Shown piece by piece: positions 8,305 through 18,928 of a stretch of DNA of 64,000 nucleotides (position 1 is its first letter; each line of letters begins with the position of its first letter). Under the pieces are notes generated by a model that was not told where the DNA came from, ran no database searches, and saw nothing but the letters and a program-made list of their open reading frames with translations. The position numbers and the translations under genes were made by a program. This stretch comes from an uncultured Dehalococcoidales bacterium (lineage in GTDB: Bacteria; Chloroflexota; Dehalococcoidia; Dehalococcoidales; UBA5760), in assembly GCA_964472625.1 (NCBI GenBank), contig CAYYLM010000006.1:1315-65314 (forward strand), in the 5' to 3' direction.

Positions 8305-9324
8305 TCACCCTAGCCCCAGATACTTATTGGTGAGAGCGACCGCTTCCAGTCGGTCCGTCTGCATCTCCATGCAGGCTCGTACCCCATCAATGGTCTCGGG
8401 GATGGTTACCGATTCCTGAGGGATGTTGAGAGCGAAGACGATATCATCCTCGTTAAAGCCAACTGCCTCCTCAAAAATAGCAATCTCATACAGATCGCCC
8501 CGGGGTTTGAGCAGAAACCGGGCGTACTGGAACAGGGAGGTATTTGAGTTAAAGCCATCGGCGATTCTGACCACGCGGATACGCGGGTGAGCGTTAAATG
8601 CCTTAAGTACCTCTTCCCGGCTCATCTTCCTTTTCGGAGTGATTACCAGGGTGATAATATGTCCGTGGGTCACCGGGGTATGCACCAGAATCCCGGTAGC
8701 TTTCACGTGGGGCATGATCAGCATCAGGTCCACTGCCTGATGGCTGGGGATGGGGTCTACTTTCAGAAGGTCAACCAGACCGCGGTGGGTATCCCCGGGG
8801 TCAGCAACACGGCGGATAATGGTAACGGATACCTTTTCCACCCCGGCTATCCTATCGAGACAATCCACGGCTCTTACGAAGCCGGTAGTGTTGCAGGAGG
8901 TGAGCTTGAGGAATCTCTGCCCGATACCCTTTTCATAGTTGGCATAGCCGTGGAAGAAGACATCGGCGACCTCATTCTTCTCACCTGCCTGAAAGATGGC
9001 TTTTTTGCCGTGCTTCAGATAGGCTTCCTTATTCTTTGCCCCGATGCCGGCTGGAGTGGCATCCAGAACGACGTCAATTCCTTTGAGAAGGTCATCCATC
9101 GTCCCGGAAACCGGAATACCAGCGGCTTCTATTTGGGCTATTTTATCGGGAACAGCTGAGAAGAGTTTATAGGGCATGCCTCTTTCTTTCAGGGCTCTTA
9201 CCGCCAGGGTAGGTGCGGCATCGACCACCCCCACCAGCTCCATGTCTTCCTGCAGGGCCACGCCATCAGCAAGACGCTGACCGATACATCCATAGCCGAC
9301 AACGCCAACCTTTACCTTCGCCAT
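8305..9324 (-). CDS. gap: Glyceraldehyde-3-phosphate dehydrogenase, type II (archaeal type)
   Basis: MAKVKVGVVGYGCIGQRLADGV...DMELVGV, DATPAGIGAKNK, and the catalytic SCNTTG. Confidence 0.85.
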   Translation of the reverse strand: MAKVKVGVVGYGCIGQRLADGVALQEDMELVGVVDAAPTLAVRALKERGMPYKLFSAVPDKIAQIEAAGIPVSGTMDDLLKGIDVVLDATPAGIGAKNKEAYLKHGKKAIFQAGEKNEVADVFFHGYANYEKGIGQRFLKLTSCNTTGFVRAVDCLDRIAGVEKVSVTIIRRVADPGDTHRGLVDLLKVDPIPSHQAVDLMLIMPHVKATGILVHTPVTHGHIITLVITPKRKMSREEVLKAFNAHPRIRVVRIADGFNSNTSLFQYARFLLKPRGDLYEIAIFEEAVGFNEDDIVFALNIPQESVTIPETIDGVRACMEMQTDRLEAVALTNKYLGLG

Positions 9325-9408
9325 TTGATTTACCTCCTTAACACCGAGGTTTTACACCACATTAATTAGGTAGCTCTTTTGCCTCTGGAAACTGCTTTAT
9401 TTATCCCG

Positions 9409-10428
9409 TTACTTTCGGCGGCGCCACTTTGCTATCGCCTCCGGGTTTACCACATGCTTGGGCAGCTCACCCCGCAGGGCGGTGAGGCAGTTCTCAAGCT
9501 GCAAGAGGGGCAACTGCCACACGACCTCCGGGTTCAGCGACGCGGCATGAGGAGAAAATACTGTCTTATAGTAGATGTCTTCACTAAGCAGGGGGTTATC
9601 CGGTTTGGGGATTTCTCCCCTAAAGACATCCAGGGCAGCACCGGAAATCTGGTTTTCCTTTAGCGCCTTCGCCAGCGCTCCTTCATCAATTAGGCTCCCC
9701 CGAGCTGTATTTACCAGATAGGCGCTGGGTTTCATCATCTTGAGCTGGGTTTCTCCGATAAGCCCTATTGTCTCCGGGGTCTCGACGGCGTGGAGGGTGA
9801 CAAAATCCGACTCCTTGAGCAGGGTCTCTAGGTCGGTGAGCGCTACGTCCAGTGTCCGGGCTCTTTCCGGGGGCACATAAGGGTCATAAGCCAGGAGCTT
9901 AAGCTCGAAGGGGTGGAGAAGCTCGGCCAGCCGGGAGCCAATTCTACCTAAACCGATAATGCCCACCGTTTTGTGACGGAGCAGGGTATTGGAGACGCTG
10001 CGCCACCGTCCCTGGCGGGCGTTACAGTCGGCGAGCTTGACGTTACACGCCAAAGCTAGGATCATGCCTACCGTAAACTCAGCCACTGAGAGGTAGTGTA
10101 GTTCTAAGGGGGCGTTGGTCACCAGAATGCCGAGGTCAGTGGCGGCTTTTGTGTCAATGTCACCAACCCCGATGGCTCTCTTAGCGATAACCTTTAGTTC
10201 CTTACCTGCCTCCATGACCTGCCGGGTTATTTGGCCATCTCCGGTAGATATCATAATGGCATCCATACCCTTAACCTTCTCCACCAGTTCATCCTCGGTG
10301 TAGTGCCAGGTATCGGTAAAGAGACGACCCAGGCTTACCTCACAGCCGGCTGCCTCAAGCGTCTCAATTATGTCTTCCCGGTCAGGGTCTCTACCCGAAA
10401 GCCAGACCTTCCACTTCTTTTCTGCCAT
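9409..10428 (-). CDS. D-isomer-specific 2-hydroxyacid dehydrogenase family (PGDH / hydroxypyruvate reductase-like)
   Basis: NAD-binding motif GIIGLGRIGSRLA, plus NTARGSLID and a C-terminal His motif. Confidence 0.8.
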   Translation of the reverse strand: MAEKKWKVWLSGRDPDREDIIETLEAAGCEVSLGRLFTDTWHYTEDELVEKVKGMDAIMISTGDGQITRQVMEAGKELKVIAKRAIGVGDIDTKAATDLGILVTNAPLELHYLSVAEFTVGMILALACNVKLADCNARQGRWRSVSNTLLRHKTVGIIGLGRIGSRLAELLHPFELKLLAYDPYVPPERARTLDVALTDLETLLKESDFVTLHAVETPETIGLIGETQLKMMKPSAYLVNTARGSLIDEGALAKALKENQISGAALDVFRGEIPKPDNPLLSEDIYYKTVFSPHAASLNPEVVWQLPLLQLENCLTALRGELPKHVVNPEAIAKWRRRK

Positions 10429-10437
10429 TTACTGCTC

Positions 10438-11592
10438 CTACCAAGCATTTTTCCAGATGCCCCTGACATCGTCCAGGGTCAACTCTTTCGGGTTATTGGC
10501 CAGGAGCCGGGTGACATTCATGGTCGCGGTGGCCAGTCCCTCCAGGGCCTCCTTGGGTACCCCCAGCTCACGCAGGTGGGTGGGGATGCCAACATCGGCG
10601 GCTAGGGCTTTGGCTGCTTCCAGCCCCTTCTCGGCGGCTTCCTGGTCGGAGAGATCCTCGGTGGCCACCCCGAGCATCTTGGCCACCGTGGCGTACCTGG
10701 GGAAATTGGCGGACAGGTTACACTCCATCACGTAGGGTAGCAGAATAGCGTTAGCCATGCCGTGGGGGACGTGGAACTGTGAGCCGAGCGGGAAGGCGAG
10801 GGCATGGACGGCAGCACACCCGGAGTTCATAAAAGCCATGCCGCCAAATAGGGCACCTTCGGACATCTGGTTGCGGGCTTCCTTATTCGAGCCGTTCTTG
10901 ACTGCCTGCCTCAGGCTACCGACAATGAGCCGCATCGCCTCCAGGGCTAGGGCATCGCTGAAGGTGGTGGCCTTGTTGCCGGTATAACCCTCGATAGCGT
11001 GGATGAGGGCGTCCATGCCCGAGGCAGCGGTGACCTTAGCTGGGCAGCCGTAGGTCAGGGTGGGGTCGACAAAGGCGATGCGGGCGAAGAGGTAGTTACT
11101 GACTACCCCTTCTTTGAGCCCCCGCTCTCTATCGTCAAAAACGGCGATATTGGTGACCTCACTTCCGGTTCCGGCGGTGGTGGGACAGGCGAAAAGCGGG
11201 ACGCCGGGCCCGGGAACCTTGTCAACACCGCCGTAATCCTGGCCGATACCGCCGTGAGCAAAGAGGACGGAGAGCCCCTTGGCGGTGTCGATGCTGGAGC
11301 CGCCACCAATGGCCACTAACAGCTCATAATTATTCTTGCCAAGCTCCTTAGCGGTGGTATTCAATTTTGCGTAGGTAGGTTCCGGTTCTGCTTCAGAGAA
11401 GACATCGACACTAATCCCGGCCTTGATTAGATTTTCCTTCACCGGCTCAGTGATTTTTGTCTGGTAAACCCCGGGATCGGTAACCATGAGGGCCCGCTTG
11501 GCGCCAATCTTGGTTGCCTCCTCCCCCATGGTTTCGGTGCAACCGGCCCCGAAGCGGACTTTTCCCGGCACTCTAATCTCATAATTTTCCAT
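10438..11592 (-). CDS. Iron-containing (type III) alcohol dehydrogenase
   Basis: GGGSSIDTAKG motif and His-rich metal-site region (HALAFPLG..HVPHG). Confidence 0.85.
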   Translation of the reverse strand: MENYEIRVPGKVRFGAGCTETMGEEATKIGAKRALMVTDPGVYQTKITEPVKENLIKAGISVDVFSEAEPEPTYAKLNTTAKELGKNNYELLVAIGGGSSIDTAKGLSVLFAHGGIGQDYGGVDKVPGPGVPLFACPTTAGTGSEVTNIAVFDDRERGLKEGVVSNYLFARIAFVDPTLTYGCPAKVTAASGMDALIHAIEGYTGNKATTFSDALALEAMRLIVGSLRQAVKNGSNKEARNQMSEGALFGGMAFMNSGCAAVHALAFPLGSQFHVPHGMANAILLPYVMECNLSANFPRYATVAKMLGVATEDLSDQEAAEKGLEAAKALAADVGIPTHLRELGVPKEALEGLATATMNVTRLLANNPKELTLDDVRGIWKNAW

Positions 11593-11733
11593 AGTTATGC
11601 CCCCCTTCGGATTTTAAGCTGAGCTTGCGTCTTACGGTCCGCTGCCATGTTACTGCAGAGCCTTCTTTGATGTCAACGGACAGTCTTTGGTTGTTTTGTT
11701 TTTGAGTCTAATGCTAAAATAATTTTGTCAGGT

Positions 11734-14595
11734 ATGGAGGGAGATGTGCCACTGGATTCTATCATCGTCAGAGGGGCGCGGGAGCATAACCTCAAGAATA
11801 TAGATGTCGTGGTTCCCCGAGACAAGCTGGTGGTTATTACCGGGGTCTCCGGTTCGGGTAAGAGTTCACTGGCTTTTGATACCATTTACGCTGAGGGGCA
11901 GCGTCGCTATGTGGAATCGCTCTCCGCCTATGCGCGCCAGTTCCTAGGCCGAATGGAAAAGCCAGACGTTGATTATATTGAGGGCTTAAGTCCGGCAATT
12001 TCCATTGACCAGAAGGGACCCAGTCGGAATCCAAGGTCAACCATGGGCACCGTGACCGAGATCTATGACTACCTGAGGCTGCTGTTTGCCCGGGTGGGAC
12101 ATCCTCACTGCCCGCGGTGTGGGCGCGAGATCGCTATGCAGACCGTGCAGCAGATTGTTGACGCCGTGCAGGCTCTGCCTAGTGGTAGCCGGATCATGAT
12201 TCTGGCACCCTTGGTCAAAGACCGCAAGGGTGAGTACCAGGCGGTCTTTGACGACCTGCGTAAGGCGGGCTATGCCAGGGTGCGGGTTGACGGGCAGATC
12301 TACGACTTGGCTACTGAGTTTCAGCTGGATAAGAATAAGAAGCACTCTATTGAGGCAGTTGTTGACCGCTTGGTAATTGGGCAGAGCGGTAGCCAGGGCC
12401 GCCTCGCTGATTCCGTGGAAACGGCGCTTAAGCTGGGGGCTGGGGTGGTGCTGGTATCGATTGTTGATGGTGAGGAGTTACTCTTCTCGGAGCACTTTGC
12501 CTGCGTGCATTGTGGCATTAGCCTGGGGGAGATTGCCCCCCGGACCTTTAGCTTTAACAGCCCCCACGGTGCCTGCCCGGCCTGTAGCGGCTTGGGCTTT
12601 AAGCAGGAGCTGGACCCTAGCCTTATTATTCCCAATAAAGACCTGTCCATTGCTGAGGGAGCGATTCGTCCTTACCAGTCGGGATTCTGGTATCTTGAGC
12701 AGCTTCACGACCTGGGGAGACGCTATGGCTTTTCTCTTAATACCCCGGTACGGGATTTGACCTCGGAGCAGCTTAATCTGGTGCTCTATGGTGAGGAGGG
12801 GGAGCTGGTAAGTTACCGTCGTTTCGGTCGGGTGAGGCAGTATTTTACCGGCTACGAGGGTGTCATTCCACGGCTGGAGCGGCTCTATCGGGATACGGAA
12901 TCTGAGAATTCTCGACTGTCTCTAGAACGCTACATGGTGGCTAGGGAGTGCCCTGTCTGCCAGGGAAAGCGGCTTAAGCCAGAGTCACTGGCGGTAACCA
13001 TTGGCGGTAAGAACATTATCGAGATTAGTGCCCTGTCAGTTAGCCGGGCAGTAGAGTGGGTGGCGGCTCTCGGTGGTAGGGAGTCAATACTTAGTGAGCG
13101 TGAGCAGATGATAGCCCATCAGATCCTCAAGGAGATCGGGGCTCGGCTCGGTTTCCTCGAGGCGGTGGGCCTGGATTATCTTACCCTGGATCGTCCCTCG
13201 GCTACCCTTTCTGGTGGTGAGGCGCAGCGGATTCGTCTGGCCACCCAGATCGGTAGCGGGTTGATGGGGGTGCTTTATATCTGTGATGAGCCGACGGTGG
13301 GGCTTCATCCCGCCGATGACTTTCGCCTGATTGAGACTCTGAAACGGCTCCGGGACCTGGGCAATACGATACTGGTGGTTGAGCATGATGAGGCGATGAT
13401 GCGCGCTGCGGACCATATTATTGATATGGGACCCGGGGCGGGCGAACACGGGGGGAGGATTGTGGCTAGCGGCACCCTAACCGATATTATGGACGCGAAG
13501 GGGTCAATCACCGGTCAATACTTAAGCGGGGTAAAGCAGATTCCCCTGCCCGCTGGGCGTCGCCCTGGTTCCGGTAGGGAAATAGTAATCAAGGGGGCTC
13601 GGCAGAACAACCTCAAAAATGTAGACGTCCACATTCCCTTGGGCCGGTTCGTCTGCGTTACCGGGGTCTCAGGCAGTGGTAAGAGCACCCTTATCGATGA
13701 GGTGCTGTACCGCAACTTAGCTCGGCTACTTTATAGGTCTAGAGAGAGGGTCGGTGACTGTGACGGCATCTTTGGTGTAGAGCATATTGATAAAGTAATC
13801 AACGTTGATCAGTCGCCCATCGGGCGCACCCCACGCAGTAATCCGGCCACCTACACCGGCACCTTTACCCCGATTCGCGAGCTCTTCGCCACGGCTCCCG
13901 AGGCTAGGATGCGGGGTTATGCCCCGGGTCGTTTCTCGTTTAATGTTAAAGGCGGGCGCTGTGAAGCCTGTCGCGGTGAGGGTTTCACCCAGATTGAGAT
14001 GCAGTTCCTGCCCGATGTAACCGTTCCCTGCGAGGTGTGCCAGGGAAAACGTTATAATCGTGAGGCTCTCGAGATCAGGTTTAAGGATAGGAACATCGCT
14101 GAGGTGCTGGATATGACGGTGGAACAGGCTCTTAATTTCTTTGAGCATTTCCCCAAGGTGAGGAATAAGCTAGCGACCCTGCGTGACGTCGGCTTGGGTT
14201 ATATTCGCCTGGGGCAGCCGGCGCCGACTCTTTCCGGGGGTGAGGCACAGCGGGTGAAGCTGGCGACTGAGTTATCACGGCGGTCCACGGGAGGCACTCT
14301 TTATATCCTTGACGAACCGACCACCGGTCTTGCCTTTGATGACGTGGCGGCGCTGCTCAGGGTGCTCCAGCGTCTGGTTGACGGTGGGAATACGGTAATT
14401 GTAATCGAGCACCATCTGGACGTGATTAAGAATGCCGACTATATCATTGACCTCGGGCCGGGGGCGGGCGACCGGGGTGGCGATGTCATTGCCACCGGCA
14501 CGCCGGAGGAGATAACCCGGGAGCGCTCCTCAGCCACGGGGCAGTATCTGGGTAGGGTGCTAAGCAGAGATATGGAGTATGCCTTGAGTCGTTAA
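11734..14595 (+). CDS. uvrA: Excinuclease ABC subunit A
   Basis: [13 protein letters not shown], two ABC modules ([10 protein letters not shown] / [10 protein letters not shown]), zinc-finger CxxC pairs. Start ambiguous: TTG 11725 (ORF track), ATG 11734, or GTG 11746 with SD GGAGG at 11736-11740. Confidence 0.95.
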   Translation: MEGDVPLDSIIVRGAREHNLKNIDVVVPRDKLVVITGVSGSGKSSLAFDTIYAEGQRRYVESLSAYARQFLGRMEKPDVDYIEGLSPAISIDQKGPSRNPRSTMGTVTEIYDYLRLLFARVGHPHCPRCGREIAMQTVQQIVDAVQALPSGSRIMILAPLVKDRKGEYQAVFDDLRKAGYARVRVDGQIYDLATEFQLDKNKKHSIEAVVDRLVIGQSGSQGRLADSVETALKLGAGVVLVSIVDGEELLFSEHFACVHCGISLGEIAPRTFSFNSPHGACPACSGLGFKQELDPSLIIPNKDLSIAEGAIRPYQSGFWYLEQLHDLGRRYGFSLNTPVRDLTSEQLNLVLYGEEGELVSYRRFGRVRQYFTGYEGVIPRLERLYRDTESENSRLSLERYMVARECPVCQGKRLKPESLAVTIGGKNIIEISALSVSRAVEWVAALGGRESILSEREQMIAHQILKEIGARLGFLEAVGLDYLTLDRPSATLSGGEAQRIRLATQIGSGLMGVLYICDEPTVGLHPADDFRLIETLKRLRDLGNTILVVEHDEAMMRAADHIIDMGPGAGEHGGRIVASGTLTDIMDAKGSITGQYLSGVKQIPLPAGRRPGSGREIVIKGARQNNLKNVDVHIPLGRFVCVTGVSGSGKSTLIDEVLYRNLARLLYRSRERVGDCDGIFGVEHIDKVINVDQSPIGRTPRSNPATYTGTFTPIRELFATAPEARMRGYAPGRFSFNVKGGRCEACRGEGFTQIEMQFLPDVTVPCEVCQGKRYNREALEIRFKDRNIAEVLDMTVEQALNFFEHFPKVRNKLATLRDVGLGYIRLGQPAPTLSGGEAQRVKLATELSRRSTGGTLYILDEPTTGLAFDDVAALLRVLQRLVDGGNTVIVIEHHLDVIKNADYIIDLGPGAGDRGGDVIATGTPEEITRERSSATGQYLGRVLSRDMEYALSR

Positions 14596-14641
14596 CTATC
14601 TCGGTTTATACTTGTTAGAGCCGGTAGATTGGGAGGAACGG

Positions 14642-15193
14642 ATGAACCGAAAGGAAGTACTTGATTCCGTCAGAGAGAACGTAGAGAACCAGAACCTGGT
14701 GAAGCACATGCTGGCTGCTGAAACGGTAATGCGGGCTATGGCCCAGCGCCTGGGTGAGGACGAGGAGGAGTGGGGGCTTACCGGTCTCTTGCACGATATT
14801 GATGTGGAGCTCACCGCAGGAGACATGAGCACTCATAGCAAGCTGGGGTCTGACCTAGCTCGTGAACTGGGGGCTAGTGAGGCCATGGCTCATGCCATTC
14901 TCTGCCATAACCAAGCCCACGGCGTTCCCTGTGAGAGCCGACTGGACAGGGCTCTCTTCTGTGTTGACCCCTTAACCGGGTTAATCACCGCGGCGGCCTT
15001 GGTTAGACCGGATAAGAAGTTAGCTGGTCTAACCGCCAAATCGGTTCTCAAGAGGTTTAAGGAACCCAGGTTTGCGGCTGCGGTGGATAGGGAGCAGGTT
15101 GCATCGTGTCACGAGCTCGGGCTTGAGCTTGCTGAGTTTGTTGAGTTGGGTCTAAAGGCAATGCAGGCTATTGCTGCTGACCTCGGGCTGTGA
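14642..15193 (+). CDS. HD-domain metal-dependent phosphohydrolase
   Basis: H...LLHDID motif. The ATG at 14642 is preceded by GGGAGGA; the ORF-track start at 14612 is likely an extension. Confidence 0.7.
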   Translation: MNRKEVLDSVRENVENQNLVKHMLAAETVMRAMAQRLGEDEEEWGLTGLLHDIDVELTAGDMSTHSKLGSDLARELGASEAMAHAILCHNQAHGVPCESRLDRALFCVDPLTGLITAAALVRPDKKLAGLTAKSVLKRFKEPRFAAAVDREQVASCHELGLELAEFVELGLKAMQAIAADLGL

Positions 15194-15216
15194 AAGCACC
15201 TTGAGTTAACGGTTGA

Positions 15217-17787
15217 TTAGCTTACCTCAAGAGTAGAGCCACTTGCTGTCTTGATAACATTGACGCGGCTGGGGAAGGCGTCTCTTAATTCCTCAATATG
15301 GGTTATAACCAGTATCTTATCAAAGTCGTCTTGGATTGAGTTGATAGCTTCCTTAAGCTTCTCGATACCAACGCTGTCTTGGGTGCCGAAGCCTTCATCA
15401 ATGACCAGGGTGGGTAGCGGGGCTCCGGCTCGTCTCGCCAGTAGCTTGGAAAGGGCAATACGGATGGCAAAGTTGATGCGGAAGGCCTCACCGCCACTAA
15501 ACATTTCGTAGTTTCGTGTCCCCAGTTCATCGGAAATCTTTATATCCAGAGTCTCGACGACATTACCCGCCTTGGTTTCCCGCTGCGTCTCAATCTTGAT
15601 GTGCATTCGGTTGTCGGTCATACGGGAAAGCAGTTCGTTGGCTTCAGCCTCAATCTCGGGGAGAGCGCTCTCAATAAGCAGGGCCTGGATGCCCCTTTTG
15701 CCGAAGGCTTGAGCCAGGTCTTTATAGATTTTCTCCTCTTTGGCTGTCTGGGAGAGCTGTTTTTCCTTTTCCCGCCTCTTTATCTCAAGTTCCCCGAGGC
15801 GATCCAGCTTTGCCTTCACGCTCCACAGCGCTTCCTGCTCCTGCTTTTGCCGGGCGGCTAATGCCAGGTGGTCATTTTCTGCCCGGGTGTAGTCGTTTAA
15901 GAGTTGGGGCAGGCGGTTAAGTTCTTCACCCAAAGACCTGCTTTTCCCCTCTTCTGCCTCAAGACTCAGGCGTAGTTCTTGAGCGGCTTCCTCGGCTCTT
16001 ACGGCAGACTCCTTTTCCTGGTTTACCAGCCTTTCGGCGTCTTCCAGTTTTCTTTTTAAGCCGTCGTATTGTTCCAGGCTGGTTAGGCGTTTTCGCGCTT
16101 CATCGTGCTGCTCGGGTTCATAGCCGAGTTTGGCTAGCTCGCTTTCCAATTCCTTTAGTGCCGCCTGTTCACTAAGGGCAAAGTCTCTTTTAGCCAGCCG
16201 TTCTTCAATCTCGGTAAGGCTCTTTCTCACCTCGTTAAGCTTGCCGACGGTCTCTTCAGCCTTGGTAATCTCTTGGCTCAGAACACTTGCCTTGGTCTCG
16301 AGCGAGGCTTTATCTTGATTTAGTTGGCTTTCTAGTTGGGCTACTTCACTTTCCCCCTGGGCCAGTTCTGCTTTCTTCTGGGCTAACTCAGCCTGGTTTA
16401 ATCTCAGGGATTCAAGCTTAGCATCTCTATCAGCAGTATACTTGGTCTCAATGAGCTTTATGCCTTCTGTCTCAAGCTCGGTCTCGCAGAGCGGGCACCT
16501 GGTACCTTTTTGAGTTAGCAGTAGGTCAAGCTTTTCTTCCAGCTCCTTTATTTCCCGTTCCAGCTGGTTTTTACTGGACTCCAGGTAGTTTACCTGGGTT
16601 CTTAGTTGTTGGCTAGCCTGTTTTTGGCGGCTTAATCTCTCCTCTGGCTCGGCTAGCTTAAGTAGCTTGAGCCTAACCTGCTCTAACTCTTTCTTTAGCG
16701 TGGGCAGTCTTTGGGCGCTGGTTTCTAGTTCGCTAATCTGACTCTGGGCGACGGCATGCTCCTTGACTAGAGCCTGTCCTGCCTGGCTGACGGTCATCTC
16801 TAGCTGGTGCTTGCGCCCGTTCAGGGTGGTAACCAGTCTCAGCTTCTGGTCAAGTTCGCTGTTTAGCTTTTTGGCTTCAGTAAAACGGGCGTAGCCTTCT
16901 TCTATGGTTAATCGCTGGGCGATTAGCCCCTGATAATCTTTAAGCCTCAGACGGTGCTGTTTAGCTAGGTCGTTCCAGCGCTCGAGGTCTCTCTTTGTCC
17001 TGGCTAGGTGTTCCTCTAACCGGGCCAGTTCAGCCTTCTTATTTTCCAGGGCTTCCTTTTCCTGCCGCAGATTGTTAAGCCTTGTTTCCTGCGCGGCTAC
17101 TTCCTTTTCTAATACTGCTAGCTGGCTCTGCCTGGCTTCACGTTCAGCCTCATAGGTTGGTTTTTGGTTTAGTTCCTGCTCAATCTCCCGGGTAGCGTTC
17201 TCAAGCTGTGTCTTGGCTACTTCCTGCTCTTTAGCCCGGTCTTTGGCCCGTTCCTCGAGCTTATCGTAGAAGGAAAGCCTCAGAATGTCAGACAGCACCT
17301 GCTTACGCTCAACGGGGCGTTTGATGGTGAATTCATCGGCGCGACCCTGCAGGAGGAGGGCACTGTTAACAAATGTGGTGTAGTCTATATGCAGAATGCC
17401 GATGATTTTCTGCTGGGTCTGGGCGATACTGCTACTGGTAAGTGCCTTGAAGCCACCATCGGTGGCTATCTGGAACTCCAGTATGGTTCTTCCCTGCCCG
17501 CTACGTCGCTTGGGCTTGGAGTGCCGGCGAATGATACGGTAGCTCTCTTCACCAACCGCAAAGTCAAATTCAACCCCCATCTCCGTCTCGCCCAGGTGGA
17601 TGAGGTCATCGTCACTCTTGGCTCTGGCTTTTCCCCACAGCGCCCAAGTCATGGCATCAATCAGGGTCGACTTACCGTTGCCGTTATCACCGCAGATACA
17701 GGCGGTGTGGATACCCTCAAAGGAGAGCGGGGGCACATTATCCCGGTAGCACATGAAGTTACGCATTGATAGCCTGATTGGAATCAC
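15217..17787 (-). CDS. sbcC: SbcC/Rad50-family ATPase (SMC-like, with zinc hook)
   Basis: Walker A GDNGNGKSTLIDAMTWALWG, long coiled coil, zinc hook CPLC, signature FSGGE, Walker B LVIDEGFG. No sbcD gene adjacent. Confidence 0.8.
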   Translation of the reverse strand: MIPIRLSMRNFMCYRDNVPPLSFEGIHTACICGDNGNGKSTLIDAMTWALWGKARAKSDDDLIHLGETEMGVEFDFAVGEESYRIIRRHSKPKRRSGQGRTILEFQIATDGGFKALTSSSIAQTQQKIIGILHIDYTTFVNSALLLQGRADEFTIKRPVERKQVLSDILRLSFYDKLEERAKDRAKEQEVAKTQLENATREIEQELNQKPTYEAEREARQSQLAVLEKEVAAQETRLNNLRQEKEALENKKAELARLEEHLARTKRDLERWNDLAKQHRLRLKDYQGLIAQRLTIEEGYARFTEAKKLNSELDQKLRLVTTLNGRKHQLEMTVSQAGQALVKEHAVAQSQISELETSAQRLPTLKKELEQVRLKLLKLAEPEERLSRQKQASQQLRTQVNYLESSKNQLEREIKELEEKLDLLLTQKGTRCPLCETELETEGIKLIETKYTADRDAKLESLRLNQAELAQKKAELAQGESEVAQLESQLNQDKASLETKASVLSQEITKAEETVGKLNEVRKSLTEIEERLAKRDFALSEQAALKELESELAKLGYEPEQHDEARKRLTSLEQYDGLKRKLEDAERLVNQEKESAVRAEEAAQELRLSLEAEEGKSRSLGEELNRLPQLLNDYTRAENDHLALAARQKQEQEALWSVKAKLDRLGELEIKRREKEKQLSQTAKEEKIYKDLAQAFGKRGIQALLIESALPEIEAEANELLSRMTDNRMHIKIETQRETKAGNVVETLDIKISDELGTRNYEMFSGGEAFRINFAIRIALSKLLARRAGAPLPTLVIDEGFGTQDSVGIEKLKEAINSIQDDFDKILVITHIEELRDAFPSRVNVIKTASGSTLEVS

Positions 17788-17986
17788 GTAGTTATTTTAG
17801 CATAACTTGGGGGATGTGACAGAGACCCTTGACAAAGAGGCTGCGCCTGCTTAAAGTGTCCATTACAGCCTGCGCAGTATGTGCTTAGAGGGTATACGGG
17901 TTAAGAAGTCGGTTGTAGGCGGAACTTATGGCCTCTAGTGTTTCTACACTCAAGGATGACTGAGAGGCTCATCGGAGCCAACTGTT

Positions 17987-18445
17987 GTGAAGATTAAACG
18001 TGCCGTATCGGTTAAGGAACAATACGAATTGGATCAGCTACTCTGGGATGTCTTGTGGCGACCCCTCAATTTGAGACGCGATATTCGCAATTCGTTCGAA
18101 CTGGACAAACCACAGATTGACCTTGTGGCTTTGGAGCATGATGTTGTGGTCGGTGGGCTTGTCGCCAATTGGCTTTCCGGAAATGAGATTGAAATTCGCC
18201 ACATAGCAGTGAGGCCCGAATATCAAAGGCGCTCGGTAGGATGTCTCCTTGTACGGGAATTAATAAATCTAATACAAGGAGGGGCTCCGTTACGGATTCG
18301 AACCTATGCAAGGAATACCTCTATTGATTTCTTTGTCAAGCTGGGATTTAAACCGGAAGGACATTATCTGAGGCACAAGGATTTTATCAAGCACGGCATT
18401 GAGTTTCAGCAAATGTGCCTTGAGGTCTCGTCAAAGAATGCGTAG
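17987..18445 (+). CDS. GNAT-family N-acetyltransferase
   Basis: [17 protein letters not shown] (acetyl-CoA binding Q/RxxGxG/A-like motif). GTG start. Confidence 0.7.
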   Translation: MKIKRAVSVKEQYELDQLLWDVLWRPLNLRRDIRNSFELDKPQIDLVALEHDVVVGGLVANWLSGNEIEIRHIAVRPEYQRRSVGCLLVRELINLIQGGAPLRIRTYARNTSIDFFVKLGFKPEGHYLRHKDFIKHGIEFQQMCLEVSSKNA

Positions 18446-18506
18446 AAGGTCGCTACTGGCGATAGTAGTGGTGTCTTCGTTTTCAACCCCGGTCAGGAGG
18501 CGTGTT

Positions 18507-18911
18507 ATGCCAGAGAAGGTAGTTAAAAGCGATGAGGAGTGGCGGGAGCTGCTTACCCCGGAGCAGTATCAGGTTACCCGGCGTAAGGGCACCGAGCCAG
18601 CTTTTAGCGGTAAGTACTACAGCTTTAAGGGAAGGGGTAAATACCGGTGCGTCGGCTGTGGTAATGACCTCTTTAGCTCCGAGGCTAAGTTTGACTCCGG
18701 CACCGGCTGGCCCAGCTTCTGGAAACCGATTTCAGAAGAGGGTATTGAAACTGCTCCGGACACAAGTCAGGGTCTGGTGCGTACTGAGGTGTTGTGCCGC
18801 CGGTGTGGTGCCCATCTGGGGCATGTCTTTAGCGACGGCCCGCCACCGACCGGCCGGCGCTACTGCCTTAATTCGCTGGCGCTTGATTTCGCTGCTGAGA
18901 AGGGGCGGTAG
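18507..18911 (+). CDS. msrB: Peptide-methionine (R)-S-oxide reductase
   Basis: CVGCGNDLF...GWPSF...[10 protein letters not shown]...RYCLNS. The ATG at 18507 has SD CAGGAGG at 18494-18500; the ORF-track start at 18399 is an extension. Confidence 0.9.
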   Translation: MPEKVVKSDEEWRELLTPEQYQVTRRKGTEPAFSGKYYSFKGRGKYRCVGCGNDLFSSEAKFDSGTGWPSFWKPISEEGIETAPDTSQGLVRTEVLCRRCGAHLGHVFSDGPPPTGRRYCLNSLALDFAAEKGR

Positions 18912-18928
18912 CCTCCGTCGGAATCGGT

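Noticed and set aside
11593-11733. A search for a LexA/SOS box (CGAAC-N4-GTTCG type) upstream of uvrA.
   Set aside because: No GAAC...GTTC-type palindrome is present in the spacer, so no SOS operator is claimed.
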